Below, one piece after another: positions 43,739-56,300 of a stretch of DNA of 64,000 nucleotides; the stretch's first letter is position 1; every line of letters begins with the position of its first letter. Position numbers and translations under genes: made by a program. The notes under the pieces were generated by a model. The model saw nothing but the letters and a program-made list of their open reading frames with translations. It ran no database searches and was not told the origin of the DNA. Origin of the DNA: Macrostomum lignano (Eukaryota); the NCBI GenBank assembly GCA_002269645.1, contig NIVC01001234.1, positions 160,872 to 224,871 on the forward strand. The letters run 5' to 3'.

Positions 43739-44733
43739 GAATTCTGCTGCTGAGGGTAATGCGGCTGCGGGTACTGCGGCTGCATTTGCTGCTGTGGGTA
43801 CATCGGCTGCTGATACTGCGGCTGCTGATACTGCGGCTGCTGATACTGCATCTGCTGCTGAGCCGGGTACCTAAGCTGGTTCTGAGGATGTGGCTGTCTA
43901 CAATTCTTAGCTAAGTGACCTAGCTTGCCACACCTGTTACACTTTACTGGGGGACGCCCTTGCTGATTCTGGCCTTGCTGCTGCTGACCTGACGGCTGCT
44001 GCTGCTTGACCTTTTGCTCAACGTTCTGGTGGTGTCGGAGTAACTCCTGAAGCACCTTCTGCTGGTTTTCTAGCGCCTCACCCTGTTTGCGGACTAATTC
44101 CTTCAAGCTATTCTCAGCTTCTTCTCCTCCAGTTGCCTTACACTGCTGCGGGTCTCTACCTCGGCGAGACATAGCGTACGCCATTTCGATACGTCGCAAG
44201 ACTCGACGTGTCTCTTGAAGCGAGTTTACCTGAGCTAGTAGTAGCTTCTCTCTAGTCTCTGGGGCAACCCTAACACCTCTAATAAATTGTTCCACCACCT
44301 CTTCCTGTCTCTGATCGTTAGTTAGATGGGGAAACGCTCTGCATGCTAGCTCTGTCAGTTTTTCAGCGTAGTCATCAGTGCTTTTAGTTTTGCACTGGAA
44401 CCTACTACGGAACTCTTCCCTAGCTTCTTGAGCACTACCTACATGCGTGAACCGCTCAATTAGTCTATCCTTAAATTCTGCGTAGGCTAGATTAGGGTCT
44501 AAGTTTAGCCTTGTTACTATAGCAAACGCTGACTGGACATCCAGGTTAGACAGTAGCTCATTCTTCCACTCAGCTGGGGGTATCTCATCTGCGATACACC
44601 TCTGCTCAAAAGCCTGAATCCATACGTCTATATCCTGATTAGGCGTGTACTTTTGGATCCTAATATGTTTCCTAATGTCTAGCCTGTCTCTAATGCCTTC
44701 AGCCAGTGCTTCTACTACGTCATTAGCTTCCAT
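43690..44733 (-). CDS. gag: Gypsy gag, 347 aa
   Basis: Intact ORF; CCHC knuckle CNRCGKLGHLAKNC; Q/P/Y-rich tail. Confidence 0.9.
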   Translation of the reverse strand: MEANDVVEALAEGIRDRLDIRKHIRIQKYTPNQDIDVWIQAFEQRCIADEIPPAEWKNELLSNLDVQSAFAIVTRLNLDPNLAYAEFKDRLIERFTHVGSAQEAREEFRSRFQCKTKSTDDYAEKLTELACRAFPHLTNDQRQEEVVEQFIRGVRVAPETREKLLLAQVNSLQETRRVLRRIEMAYAMSRRGRDPQQCKATGGEEAENSLKELVRKQGEALENQQKVLQELLRHHQNVEQKVKQQQPSGQQQQGQNQQGRPPVKCNRCGKLGHLAKNCRQPHPQNQLRYPAQQQMQYQQPQYQQPQYQQPMYPQQQMQPQYPQPHYPQQQNSGNGVDGSVGGNAFQQ

Positions 44734-45174
44734 ATTAGTTTAATTTTAGGTTGGATTCTAGAATTAACGCTTCTGGTTTAATAATTTTGGTCAGTAAATT
44801 GGCAAGACTCCAAATTTAGCTGCTATTTGCCTAATGGTAAGACTTTAGTTAATAAAATAGCAGTGACTCTACTTTTATTACTTCCGCCTTACTTCTGGTC
44901 TTAATTGAGACCTTACTAATCTTCTAGCGAAGAAACTAAGTTAAAATTCCTTTCAGGAGCGTTAATCCGTTCCTAATCCGTTAATCCGTTAATCTGAGAT
45001 TTGACAATCTTAGACCAACTGACTATGTACATTAATCTCTAATTTAGAACCTAATTAGTAATTTTGTGTTAGTTTTGGTTCTAATTTCAGCACATAGGAG
45101 TTAATCCGTTAATCCCTTACTAATCCTAAGCTCCAGTCTAATGTATGCGCTTCTCGGGTATTCTAATCCTCTAA

Positions 45175-45184
45175 GCTGCCACCA
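45175..45184 (-). other. Primer binding site, tRNA-Leu type
   Basis: TGGTGGCAGC 2 nt after the 5' LTR; complementary to the GCUGCCA-CCA 3' end typical of animal tRNA-Leu. Confidence 0.8.
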
Positions 45185-45186
45185 AT

Positions 45187-45749
45187 TGGACAAGTCGTGG
45201 TACCTCGCGGTTTAGGCTACTGGTTTTCTATTGCTAAGGATTATGAGTGGATTATTGTCTGCTGTACTGATTTGAGATTTGGTAGTTTCGCTGCCACCAG
45301 GTTCCTGCTGTTCCCTAATTCTAGCTTTTAGGTTTAAAGAACTGAGCCAGGACACCAATTTAGATTTAGTTAACACAAAAAAAATATTTAATAAAAGTAA
45401 ATTACGGTACAAAAGTTAGTTTTGTTTTACATTAACTCCTTATTCCCGCTATAGTGCTTTGGGCAAGACTCCCAGTATTTTAGAGGCAAGACTCCTCTGT
45501 GCAAGCCTAACCCTTATATTTCCCTTTCTTACCACTTCTTCGCGAACTCTCTAAGTTAAACAGGAGAAGACACTCCAACGAAAGGCTTTCTTTCCCAAGA
45601 GCCCAACTGCTCTGTATTTCTAAAGGAACCCCGATTTTATCCACTTACCCCCGCTCTAATTATTTTCCCGGGTTGAAACTACTGATAGTAGGGTAAAAGC
45701 ATATTTAAACCCACAAAATTTCCCGTTCCTAAAATAATGCCCTACTACA
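45187..45749 (-). repeat. 5' LTR
   Basis: Direct repeat of 35259-35820. Confidence 0.97.
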
Positions 45750-47462
45750 ATAGACAAGTTGCCGGAGGAAAAAACTGAGCAAGAGACAATGAAAAGTTTC
45801 CCGCTTAAAATACACACTTTTTAGATACAGCAGCACTTTTCCTGCGCAAAAGCTAAGTCTCAATATTGCTTGCTTGCTTTAATTATTTCTTGAACTTCTG
45901 CAACGCCTCGCGCTTGCTTTAGTAAAGCTGAGTTCAGTTGGCGTTGACAGTTGTTCCTAAAAATTTTTCGATTCCACACGGTAGATTTCTAACATAGCCA
46001 CAACAAGGTAGGAATGAGTTTGTCTTCTTTTCTCAATCCCTAGCAGCGCGGAATCTGCGGTGGTGCAAAGCCAGCCAGGGTCCTGAGAACCTCAATTTTC
46101 TGTGGGTACGAGTATGTGACTTGCACACAATGACTACTCAGGTAGAAGGACAATCATTCTATCAATACTTGAGTGGTTCTTACTTGCACACAGTATCTTT
46201 CAAATACTTTTTAACTATATTTCGGAATCGGTCGTAAATACTTGCCACAACACAAATATCAGCTGGTTACATTTCGTCTCCATCGAGCAGTTGCAGTCCG
46301 TGTAGGCTTTCCACCCTGAGAAGAACAGGGTTTCATCCTCATCGTGGCCCAGTGGCTCAGATTGTCTATGTTGGGTCATCGAACAGGCATCATTCAATTA
46401 ATCTTGATTATAGCCTTCGACTAAGGTCGTCGGTGATGTGTTCCTAATGATCATGCTTCTTGCACCAGAGCAGCTTGTTTCTGACATTAAAGCGATGTAG
46501 TTCGAGACGAAGATGCTCTGTCAACCACCGGGTTTGTCTATCAGTTTCATTCAAGAAATTCTCTCCTGGCATGAATTTTTCAGTTAATTTTCTGTGCGTT
46601 CAGGTATTTGGTTGGATCCTTTGCGAACTTGCTCTCCCTAACAACGATGATGGCATTGTTGCGGCGCTGTGCCAGTGGGCTGAAGCCAATTGAAGAGGCC
46701 GATCAAAACGCTCTGCTACGCCAGTTTATCTGTCGCACTGTTGTTCTCAATGTTCCAACGCTAGCACTGGTCCACATGAGCAACACTCTGGAAAGCTTTG
46801 GGACTTCAAGAGCACCGACGAGTGGCCCTCGAGTACTGGTGGCCATCGAGTCCATCGAGTGCTGGTGGTGGCTGTGCACTTAGGACAAGAATAAATGAAA
46901 GCATTGACTGATGTAGCTCGTATGGCTACAGCTATACTAGCTTAAAAGCTAGAATGCGCGAGCAAGATGAGCATTTTCATCGTCCCGATTTCATCATCCC
47001 CGATTTCGTAGTTCTGAGCTCGAGACAATGACTTTTTTAAGCAGGGAGTCAAGACCATTATAAAGCTCAGTTCACCCACTAATATAGCTCGCCCGGCCTG
47101 TGATGTTATCTTCTTTACCTCAATTTTTCTTACTCACATCAAATTATGCTGTATAGTTTTGTAGTCTCACATAATAATCTTCACATATGAGCGTCATGTC
47201 GAGAGATTCATATAGCGACGTAGTTTGTAAATCTAAGAATATAAGATACGAGAATTCGCTCGTAAAATACTTTGAAATTTATCAATTGCAAAAGCACGAA
47301 TCGTTGACTATTTTTTATTATTTTAACGAATTTTAAGAAATTTGCTTTTTTTGGTTTGAAAAAAGGATCGCACGGAGGATTCATTTAGTTAGAATAGTCC
47401 TAATCATTTTAGTTAAGTTTAGGTCGAAGTTGGTTGAGGGGGTTGGTTGAAGGGGTCGAAGA

Positions 47463-47787
47463 GGGGGTTGTAGCCTAGTGGTTAGAGCGTCGGCCTCACG
47501 ACTGGAAGGTTGGGGGTTCGATTTCCCGATCCCACTGGAACAATTTGTGTCCTTGAGCAAGACCACTTAACTCTATTACTTCAGTTCACCCAGCTGTAAA
47601 ATGGGTACCAGCATTAGCTAGGGTATAAATTGAGGGTGTGTGGTGACCCCCCAGTCCTTGGACTAAACAGCCTTACATGTACATGTACGTCGCAGCTTTA
47701 TCAGATGCACCGCGCAATAGCTGCGGCTGAGCTGTCGGCTGCACATCTGGCCCAATTGGGGCACGTGTGATCAATTATTACAATTAT
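47463..47787 (+). mobile_element. Apparently full-length tRNA-derived CORE-like SINE
   Basis: A-box TAGCCTAGTGG, B-box GGTTCGATTTCC, then GTGTCCTTGAGCAAGACCACTTAAC...CAGTTCACCCAGCTGTAAAATGGG resembling the CORE/MIR consensus; AT-rich tail; two further copies in the window. Confidence 0.8.
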
Positions 47788-49544
47788 AGGTCGAAGTGAA
47801 TTAGAACGCGATTATTGGTATTAGCTTACGTACGAGTATTTAATAAGGTCTATTGTAATATATTTGGATCAGCCCCAGGGTCTTGCAGATTGTTACCCAC
47901 TGCACATGAAGCACTAGATAATAGATATATACTAGATCTACATCATGATCACGTCACGTAGCTGGCTACTGATTGTACATGGTGGACCTACTAGTTAGGT
48001 AGTTAGGCCTTCGCCCCTCACTAAAACTTGCCCGAAAGTGTCTATGGGCCTTTTCATATTGCTTGTTCTGGTTCCAGAACCAGAACCAATTTGTGAAGTA
48101 TAACTTTTTGTCTCCATAACTAGAGGGAGATACGTGCTATAAAGTTTTTATTATTGAATGACAATCGCCAAGAAGAAAGTGAAAAATTGTGCTAAGTAAG
48201 GTTGTTAAGGCAGTCAAACATTCAACAGAATTAATTAGTTATACTGCTGTTTTTCTTGGAAGATCCGAACCGAATTCTGATTCTGGAATTGGTAATATGA
48301 AAAGCCTCTATGGCCTCCGTGACATGTTGGCGCGTATTCAAAAGTAAAAATAATTACGCGAAACAATAAATCGAATCATACTGGCAATATAACAGGCTCC
48401 TTAAGCCTGAGCCAAATTTACTACTACTACTACTACTAAACAAACTGCAACATTGCCAGCGTATATCCTAGGAAATTAATCTATAATCTATAGGAAATAA
48501 ATGCATTGATTTACGAGTAACTATTCTAATGTCTTTAAATCAAAATATGATGCCTAATTGGGTTCTTAGACACTGTCATCTTACCACTTTGTTATCCACT
48601 CATTATATTGTATTGTGATGGGTCTGGGTGGTTGAGGTTGTAACTTGTAGGACTACTTTCTATTGAGTTGATAAGTTGTATAGCAGTCTATCAGGATTAG
48701 ATGATCATTACATTAGGCCTGGACACAATAGGTTATTAGCATATTTAGGAGTTGAAAAAACAGTAGCTCAGATTCTATTTATCTTGCATTTTATTTCTAT
48801 ATATTCTGTTTTCAAATATAAAAAACTTGTAAATGAAAAAATGAATAAAGAAATGAAAAAAGATTAGGTTTTAAATTGTAACTTAGATTTTATGTTTCTA
48901 TTTGTTGTCTTTTTATAATCAATTATAATCCATTGCATTGCTGCACTATTTTGATATCAAAATGATAGAATGTCTTCATTAGTGATATCTTTACATTGGC
49001 ACTGATGGCTCTTTAGCTAAGGCCTAACATCAATTGAACTAACAAAACCATATTGACCAGACTTTATTTCTAAGTAAGTGTTTATTAGGATGTGGGATAT
49101 TCATGGTCACAAAGCTTCTTATCTTAGGTGATTATAAAATTATATTGACCATTACCAATCCAAGGCCAACATTAATTGCTAGCACATCTAATGTCCATAG
49201 TGATTTGTAAATCCTAAAATAGATCAAGTCAAGTCAAGTAGATCAATGGCAATTGCAACTAGTTCTTTGGTCATTGTTATCAGAGACTTTCTTATGCTAT
49301 GGGCTATCAGAAAGGCTTTTTTTCCATCTAAAACTTGTGGTACCAATGCAAGTGTATATAAACAAGACATAAGAATGCTCAAGTCTTTAATGCTACCATA
49401 AACTTCATACAAGGTTTAAGTGCTATAAACCTTTGCAGCTGGGTTTTTTTTTCGCCAGAGATAAGGTGCGAAATCGCACCTTGTGCCAAATTTCAAGGTG
49501 CGATTTTAAGGCTCAGAGTGCAATTTCTCTTGAGTCTTGTTTAG

Positions 49545-52034
49545 AATGTGAGGGTTTCACAAGAGATATTCAGACAGACATTCGAAACGATTGTCTGTAA
49601 CTTCAAACAAAATTGACCCGCTTCAACCATCTTTTTGGCAAATACTTACGCAAGTGTTGGGCGTCAAATAAGCTTTAATTTATTAACTGAAGTAAAAATC
49701 CTTCTGACATACATTGATTTAAAAATTGCTTAGCAACACTAGCTCTGATTAGAAATCGCTTTACTGTTGACTAAAATTGTTTTGATCGTAGCAGCCTAAA
49801 AGCAGATACTGGATTTAAAAATGCTTCGATTTACTCTATACGCATGTCTCAGCTTTAAAATGACACCTCAGGCGTCGCAAAAGACAGCTTTGATGCTGAG
49901 ATATTCGACACTAAACATGCATTGCTTTGCGCAATCTCACATTCAGAAATTTCACTGATTTTTTGTCGATATTTGTGCAGTTGCCGTGTCCTTGTTTTTC
50001 ATCAGAAACTTGTCAAATTCTAGTCATGTCCAGTTTAAACCTGGACTTCTCTTAAACTGTCTTAAGTATTTGATTTTTAATGATTCCTGCCTTTATATTG
50101 CATAGATTGTACCTGAGTCAGTGAGACTGTGAGTGTACATTTGTACATATGGCAACCAATCATGACTTTTTCACCGCTTTGCGGTTCAAATAAATATACG
50201 AGTGTACGAGAAACATGTTCCAACTGTTATTGAGAGAAATTGACGTCGCGTTTATTAACAGTCAGTGGCAATTAATATGAAGCAAATAGTTTATTGTTAT
50301 GTTTTTACTTTTTTTGCGTGGCAATTCTGCTATCCAAATCGGAATGAGGTAAGCGGTGGGAATAAAATAAAAAGGAAGAATTTTTTCTACTGTTGTTGCA
50401 ACCCAATAGCTATATGTACTTCAAACTTTTTAGATTGAACAGGCGATTTCTAATGTACTGCTAAGCTTTCCAATCCCTACGGACTACAGTAGCAGTTCTT
50501 AACTTTTTTTCTGTCTTGACTTCTAGACTCGGAATTCGGAACAACCTAAGGAGCCGCATGAAAATATTTAATTGGATAAAGATATTTTCTAAAAACAGCT
50601 CAAGTCGTGACACATCTTCTTCTCACCTCAGTCCATCAACTGCTGCTCCTTCTGAGACCAAAGCGATCGTGAAAGTAAAACAGATCAGTTTAGATCCCAT
50701 GGCCATGAATACAACCATTTCAATTGTGAACCTGCTTTGCTTACAAGTACGAGCACTAGCCTTCCATTTGATGCCATTAGCTCACTTAACTCTGAAATAG
50801 TTCAAGGACGGTTCCAAATGTTGAGATCTGACGTAGAAGCAGTCCAATTTGTGGAAATTTATCAACTGGACTCCATGAATCACTCCAATGAAAGGCGGCG
50901 AATAGCTGCAGAATGCGTAAACAAGTTTAAGTGAGTCACAAAAACCCCATTTACTGTAACTACATACACTTGTACGTTAGCAAGGCTCCATACGATGGTT
51001 AATAAATGGAGAAGTAGACAAGCATCTGAACAAATATTGAATAAAAATCAGTGAAGTTTCCGAATGTGAGTTTGAGCAAAGCAATGTTTAGTGTCGAATA
51101 TCTCAGCATCAAAGCTGTCTTTTGCAATGCCTGAGGTGTCATTTTAAAGCTGAGACATGCGTATAGACATGACTAGAATTTGACAAGATTCTGATGAAAA
51201 ACAAGGACATGGCAACTGCACAAATATCAACAAAAAATCAGTGAAATTTCTGAATGTGAGATTGCGCAAAGCAATGCATGTTTAGTGTCGAATATCTCAG
51301 CATCAAAGCTGTCTTTTGCGACGCCTGAGGTGTCATTTTAAAGCTGAGACATGCATATAGAGTAAATCGAAGCATTTTTAAATCCAGTATCTGCTTTTAG
51401 GCTGCTACGATCAAAACAATTTTAGTCAACAGTAAAGCGATTTCTAATCAGAGCTAGTGTTGCTAAGCAATTTTTAAATCAATGTATGTCAGAAGGATTT
51501 TTACTTCAGTTAATAAATTAAAGCTTATTCGACGCCCAACACTTGCGTAAGTATTTGCCAAAAAGATGGTTGAAGCGGGTCAATTTTGTTTAAAGTTACA
51601 GACGATCATTTTGAATGTCTGTCTGAATGGGTCTCCCTAAAACACGCCCTGCACCGCCCTGCAGCGCTACACATTAAAACAAATTGGACTATAACTAAAG
51701 ACACTTCAGAATGCGTTTTCTGTTAAGCTTCAAGTTTTTATTAAATTTAGTTTTTTTTACTTTGAAATATAAAATTCGGTGAACAATAAGTGATATTAAT
51801 AATAATATTAATAAAATAATAATATTATAATTTAATAATGAAAACGAGAATATAAAAAATAATAATATTTAAAAAAATAAATAAAGATATTTATTCCATT
51901 ACTATTTTAACTTTTCCTTGCAATCAAATACTGCATTGACAAAAAATGTTATAATGTGTAGCAGTTCGGGGCCCGGTGCGGGGCGTGTTTTAGGGAGCCT
52001 TTGTCTGAATATCTCTCGTGAAACCCTCACATTG
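49545..52034. repeat. Long inverted-repeat (fold-back) arms inside the hAT-like element
   Basis: ~49545-50030 is the near-perfect reverse complement of ~51165-51628 plus 52002-52034; a ~125-bp tandem duplicate of the right arm lies at 51043-51166. Confidence 0.9.
51629..52001. mobile_element. Mutator-like MITE, 373 bp, inserted in the right fold-back arm
   Basis: TIR core CTCCCTAAAACACGCCC(T/C)GCACC at both ends; 9-bp TSD TGTCTGAAT at 51620-51628 and 52002-52010; AT-rich interior. Confidence 0.75.
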
Positions 52035-53310
52035 CTCACATTTCAGACAACTGGGAATGTATATTTTAATATCTTACATAAGGCTATAGCTATAGGCTAT
52101 ATCGCCTATATGACTTAATAGGATTTAAAGAGTTATTTTGTTTCATATTTTAAGGCAGTGCATAAAAAATAGCTTAAGCATGGTTAAGCCTTTAAAGAAA
52201 AATGGTTATAAGACCGCACCTAAACCGCACCTACTTTTTTAATTTCAGGGTGCGATTTTAAAATTTAGGGTGCATACGCACACTCTGCGCACAAAAAAAA
52301 ACCCTGCTTTGCAGATTATATAATTTTTACAAATGATTAAATTTCAAAACTTTTATAGAGTATCTATTACATGCATGTATTATAACAAAAATGCATTAAT
52401 TAAATATCATGCCATCTAATTTGATGTAACAATAAATAGTCCAAGTTCTATTTAGTGTACAAAGTCAATAATAAATATATACATGCCCAACACCCATTTG
52501 ACCTGTCCAAAATGGACAAGGTAAGTTGCAAAGTCAAAAATGTGAAAAACAAAAATTGGGAGAAGAAAGAAAGGAGAGGAAGAGAAAAGGAAAAGAAAAG
52601 AGGGAGAAGAGAGAGAAGAAAAAGAGGAGAGAGAAAGAGAAGAGAAGAAAAGAGAAAAAGGCAAGAAAAGTAATATACAAAATGAAAATTAAGTTGCAAT
52701 CTGGAGAAACTAAGTTGCAAATCTGGACAAAACTAAGTTGCACCAGATAGGTGAAATTTTGAGGTTGGGCATGTATGAATAAAAAGTTTCAAGCTTTTTA
52801 ATTGAAAGTCAATATAACAATTATTTTATTTCTAAGGTAATAAATATTAAATACCTATGTACAAGCATGGAAAGAACAAGTATATTAAAAAATCAAGCTT
52901 AGATGCTTAGTTTAAAAGTTAGAATAATGGATAAAAATACATGTATTTATCATCTAAGAAGCATGGATTGGACTGGGATATTTTAATTATAAAAGAACTG
53001 TTTAAATATTTATTTTGTTATCATTCTAGTACATGGCCAATGGTAGCTGGTATGATACAAGGGCCATTTGTTGGGATAATAATCATTTGCATATAACTTT
53101 TTACTGCCACATTGAAATTGCTCAAATTAGAAATCAACTTTAAGAGCAATATCCAATGCTACTGTTGAGTGTTGAATAGCTTCTCTATGTCATTCTATTG
53201 CTGATTTATGGCTCATTAAGTGACGAGGTCTAAGAAGTTGCAATTTCGACCTGATCTCTCGACTCTTTGCAGCTCTCATCACCTGGACTTGGTACACTCT
53301 TGCCCGCGCA

Positions 53311-56300
53311 ATGTCCAAGAGAAACCCAACATCGGAATTGAATCACGAAAACTGGGATCAGGAGGACGAGAAGGAAGATGTGAGTTGGCTAATTGGGACA
53401 GATCTGCTCAGCGGTGAACGCATTCGATTCTCGCGCCACCACCCTTGGTTTGATTCCATGCGCGACCGAATTCATTGGGGCTTGTGCACGGAGATTGGCC
53501 GGGGTTGCCACCCATGAGGGCCTAAACCTCTCTCCACTCTCCCTCTCTGCCCCTATCCACTCTGCCTCTGCCTCTCTCCACTCTCCCTCTCTGCCCCTAA
53601 CCACTCTGCCTCTGCCTCTCTCCACTCTCCCTCTCTGCCCCTATCCACTCTGCCTCTGCCTCTCTCCACTCTCCCTCTCTGCCCCTAACCACTCCCTCTC
53701 CCTCTCTGCCCCTATCCACTCCCTCTGCCTCTCCCCACTCTCCCTCTCTGCCCCTATCCACTCCCTCTCCCTCTCTGCCCCTATCCACTCCCTCTGCCTC
53801 TCTCCACTCTCCCTCTGCCCCTATCCACTCCCTCTGCCTTTCTGCCCCTATCCACTCCCTCTGCCTTTCTGCCCCTATCCACTCCCTCTCCCTCTCTGCC
53901 CCTTTTCACTCCCTCTGCCTCTCCCTCTCTGCCCCTATCCACTCCCTCCCTGCCTCTCCACTCTCCCTCTCTCCCTCTGCCTCTCCCTCCCCGCCTCTCT
54001 CCACTCTCCCTCTCTGCCTCTCTCCAACCACCCTCCACTCTCCCTCAAGCTCCTGCGAATATGCTTATGATAATTATCATTATTAATAAGATTTACAATT
54101 CTTGTGTCTATCTAAGAAAACATATTCCAACTGTTTCCAACTAATTCTCACTAACCTAGGCTGGCCGTTTCAAGACTGCGTCGCAGGATGTGCTGAAGGG
54201 TCGCGAAATTCGAGTTGCTAAGCGGCGAGCTCACGATAGTGAGGTGAGAGCTGTGTGACTCAATTATTTTGTCTGTTCTTTTCTACATTATTTATGGTAA
54301 GGAATTGTGAAGTTTGGGTATTGTAAAGGTTAAGAATTATGAAGGTTGGGGATTGTGAAAGTTCGGGATTGTGAAGGTTGGGGATTGTGAAGATTGGGGA
54401 TTGTGAAGGTTGGGAATTGTGAAAGTTCGGGATTGTGAAGATCGGGATTTGTGAAGATTGGGACTGTGAAGATCGGGACTGTGAAGATTGGGGATTGTGA
54501 AGATCAGGATTGTGAAGATTGGGGACTGTGAAGCTTGGGGATTGTGAAGATTGGGACTGTGAAGATCGGGACTGTGAAGATTGGGGATTGTGAAGATCGG
54601 GATTGTGAAGATTGGGGACTGTGAAGCTTGGGATTGTGAAGATTGGGACTGTGAAGATCGGGACTGTGAAGATTGGGGATTGTGAAGATCAGGATTGTGA
54701 AGATTGGGGACTGTGAAGCTTGGGGATTGTAAAGATTGGGACTGTGAAGATCGGGACTGTGAAGATTGGGGATTGTGAAGATCGGGATTGTGAAGATTGG
54801 GACTGTGAAGATCGGGACTGTGAAGATTGGGGATTGTGAAGATCGGGATTGTGAAGATTGGGACTGTGAAGCTTGGGGATTGTAAAGATTGGGACTGTGA
54901 AGATCGGGACTGTGAAGATTGGGGACTGTGAAGCTTAGGGATTGTGAAGATTGGGACTGTGAAGATTGGGGATTGTGAAGATCGGGATTGTGAAGATTGG
55001 GACTGTGAAGATTGGAGATTGTGAAGATCGGGACTGTGAAGGCTGAGATTGTGAAGCTTGGAGATTGTGAAGATCGGGACTGTGAAGACTGGGATTGTGA
55101 AGCTTGGGGACTGTGAAGATTGGGGACTGTGAAGCTTGGGACTGTGAAGATTGGGACTGTGAAGATTAGGATTGTGAAGATCAGGACTGTGAAGGCTGGG
55201 ATTGGAATAGTTGGATATTAGTTTTAAGCTCATGAGAGCGAGAAACGGCTTGAAATTCAAATGCACAGGGAATGTGCAGTTAATATGGTGAGTCTGAACG
55301 GCCCATGTTGCGGACAAACCATGCTCACAGTTATACAGCAAAACTCTTCTCCGACCCGGCAGGGCAAAGGCACTGGCGGGCTCTTCAAGTCGTTCACCGG
55401 CTTCACCGGCTTCGGTGCCCAGGCCGCGTCGGCCACGACAGCCCCCTCTTTGGCTTTTAACTTCTCGGCCAACGCCACCGCCGCCACCACCACCGATTCG
55501 CTGGCGGCCTCGTCGACGACAACAACGGCGAAATCGGCAACGCCCGCCGCCGATCCGAATGCCGCCCACCTGGCCCAGCTGAAGGCGCTGAACCAGTCCG
55601 TGCTGCGCTGGATTCAGAGTCACGTGGCTGACAGCCCCTACTGCGTGCTCACGCCGTGTTCCGCGACTACGAGCGCCACCTGGCCGACATCGAGCGCCGG
55701 CACCCGTACGTGGAGTCGTCGGCAACTGCAAATTCGTCGACTGGAACGGCGGCGGCTGCGGCGGTGACTCCGACGACGACTTCAACAACGCTGGCAGCGC
55801 CTTTGAAGGCGTCGACAAGTCCGGCAAAGTTCAACTTCTCCGCCGCGACTACGTCCACCGCGGCATCGGCACCGACGACCGCTGCCACCACGGCCACCAC
55901 GATGACGCCCGCGATGCCTGCCACGTTTAGCTTCAACTCGCAGCAGCCGCAGAAGCCGGTGACTGACGGTGCGGCCACAACGGCAACATTCTTTTTTGGC
56001 GCGTCAGCCAAGTCAACGACGGCTTCGTCGACTTCAACAACGACAACGACGGCGACGTTGGCAACGTCAACGACTGGCTTGACGACAGCGTCGAGTGGGT
56101 TCACAGGATTCAAATTCAACTCAGGGCCGGGGGCGGCGCTGCCGCAACAGCCACCTGGTGGCCTGTCCCTGTTCGGGCTGGGCGGTTTCGCCGCCGCCTC
56201 CGCCGCGGCTGCCTCGAGCTCCAGGAGGAGCAGGAAGACGAAGAATACGAGCCGCCGAAGCCGGAGACGCGGGAGATTCGCGAGGACGGCGCCGTGTTCA

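Larger units (their letters stand above)
35259..45749 (-). mobile_element. Full-length Ty3/Gypsy LTR retrotransposon containing a nested LINE
   Basis: TG...CA LTRs of 562 and 563 bp, 4-bp TSD ATAG at 35255-35258 and 45750-45753, PBS, PPT, gag and PR-RT-RH-IN order. Confidence 0.97.
49439..52306. mobile_element. Non-autonomous hAT-like DNA transposon, 2868 bp
   Basis: Termini CTGGGTTTTTTTT / AAAAAAAACCCTG (1 mismatch); 8-bp TSD CTTTGCAG at 49431-49438 and 52307-52314; GGTGCG/CGCACC subterminal repeats at both ends. Confidence 0.8.
48420..53170 (-). mobile_element. Highly decayed AT-rich non-LTR (L2/CR1-like) remnant split by the hAT-like insertion
   Basis: (TAG)n tail at 48420-48437; vestigial RT motifs in the expected order on the minus strand (FLIAHS like GFRxxHS, IRKSL...AIAIDL); extent to 53170 inferred from composition only. 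Confidence 0.35.

Noticed and set aside
46460-46890. Possible BACK-domain-like exon fragment (ELALPNNDDGIVAALCQWAEAN) and adjacent short ORFs
   Set aside because: Resemblance is faint, frames are broken and no consistent gene model could be built.
47463-47535. tRNA gene call
   Set aside because: A and B boxes are present but acceptor and anticodon stems do not pair convincingly, and it continues into a SINE body shared with two other copies.
50516-50934. ORFs between the fold-back arms as a transposase remnant
   Set aside because: No recognisable DDE, BED finger or hAT dimerisation motif.
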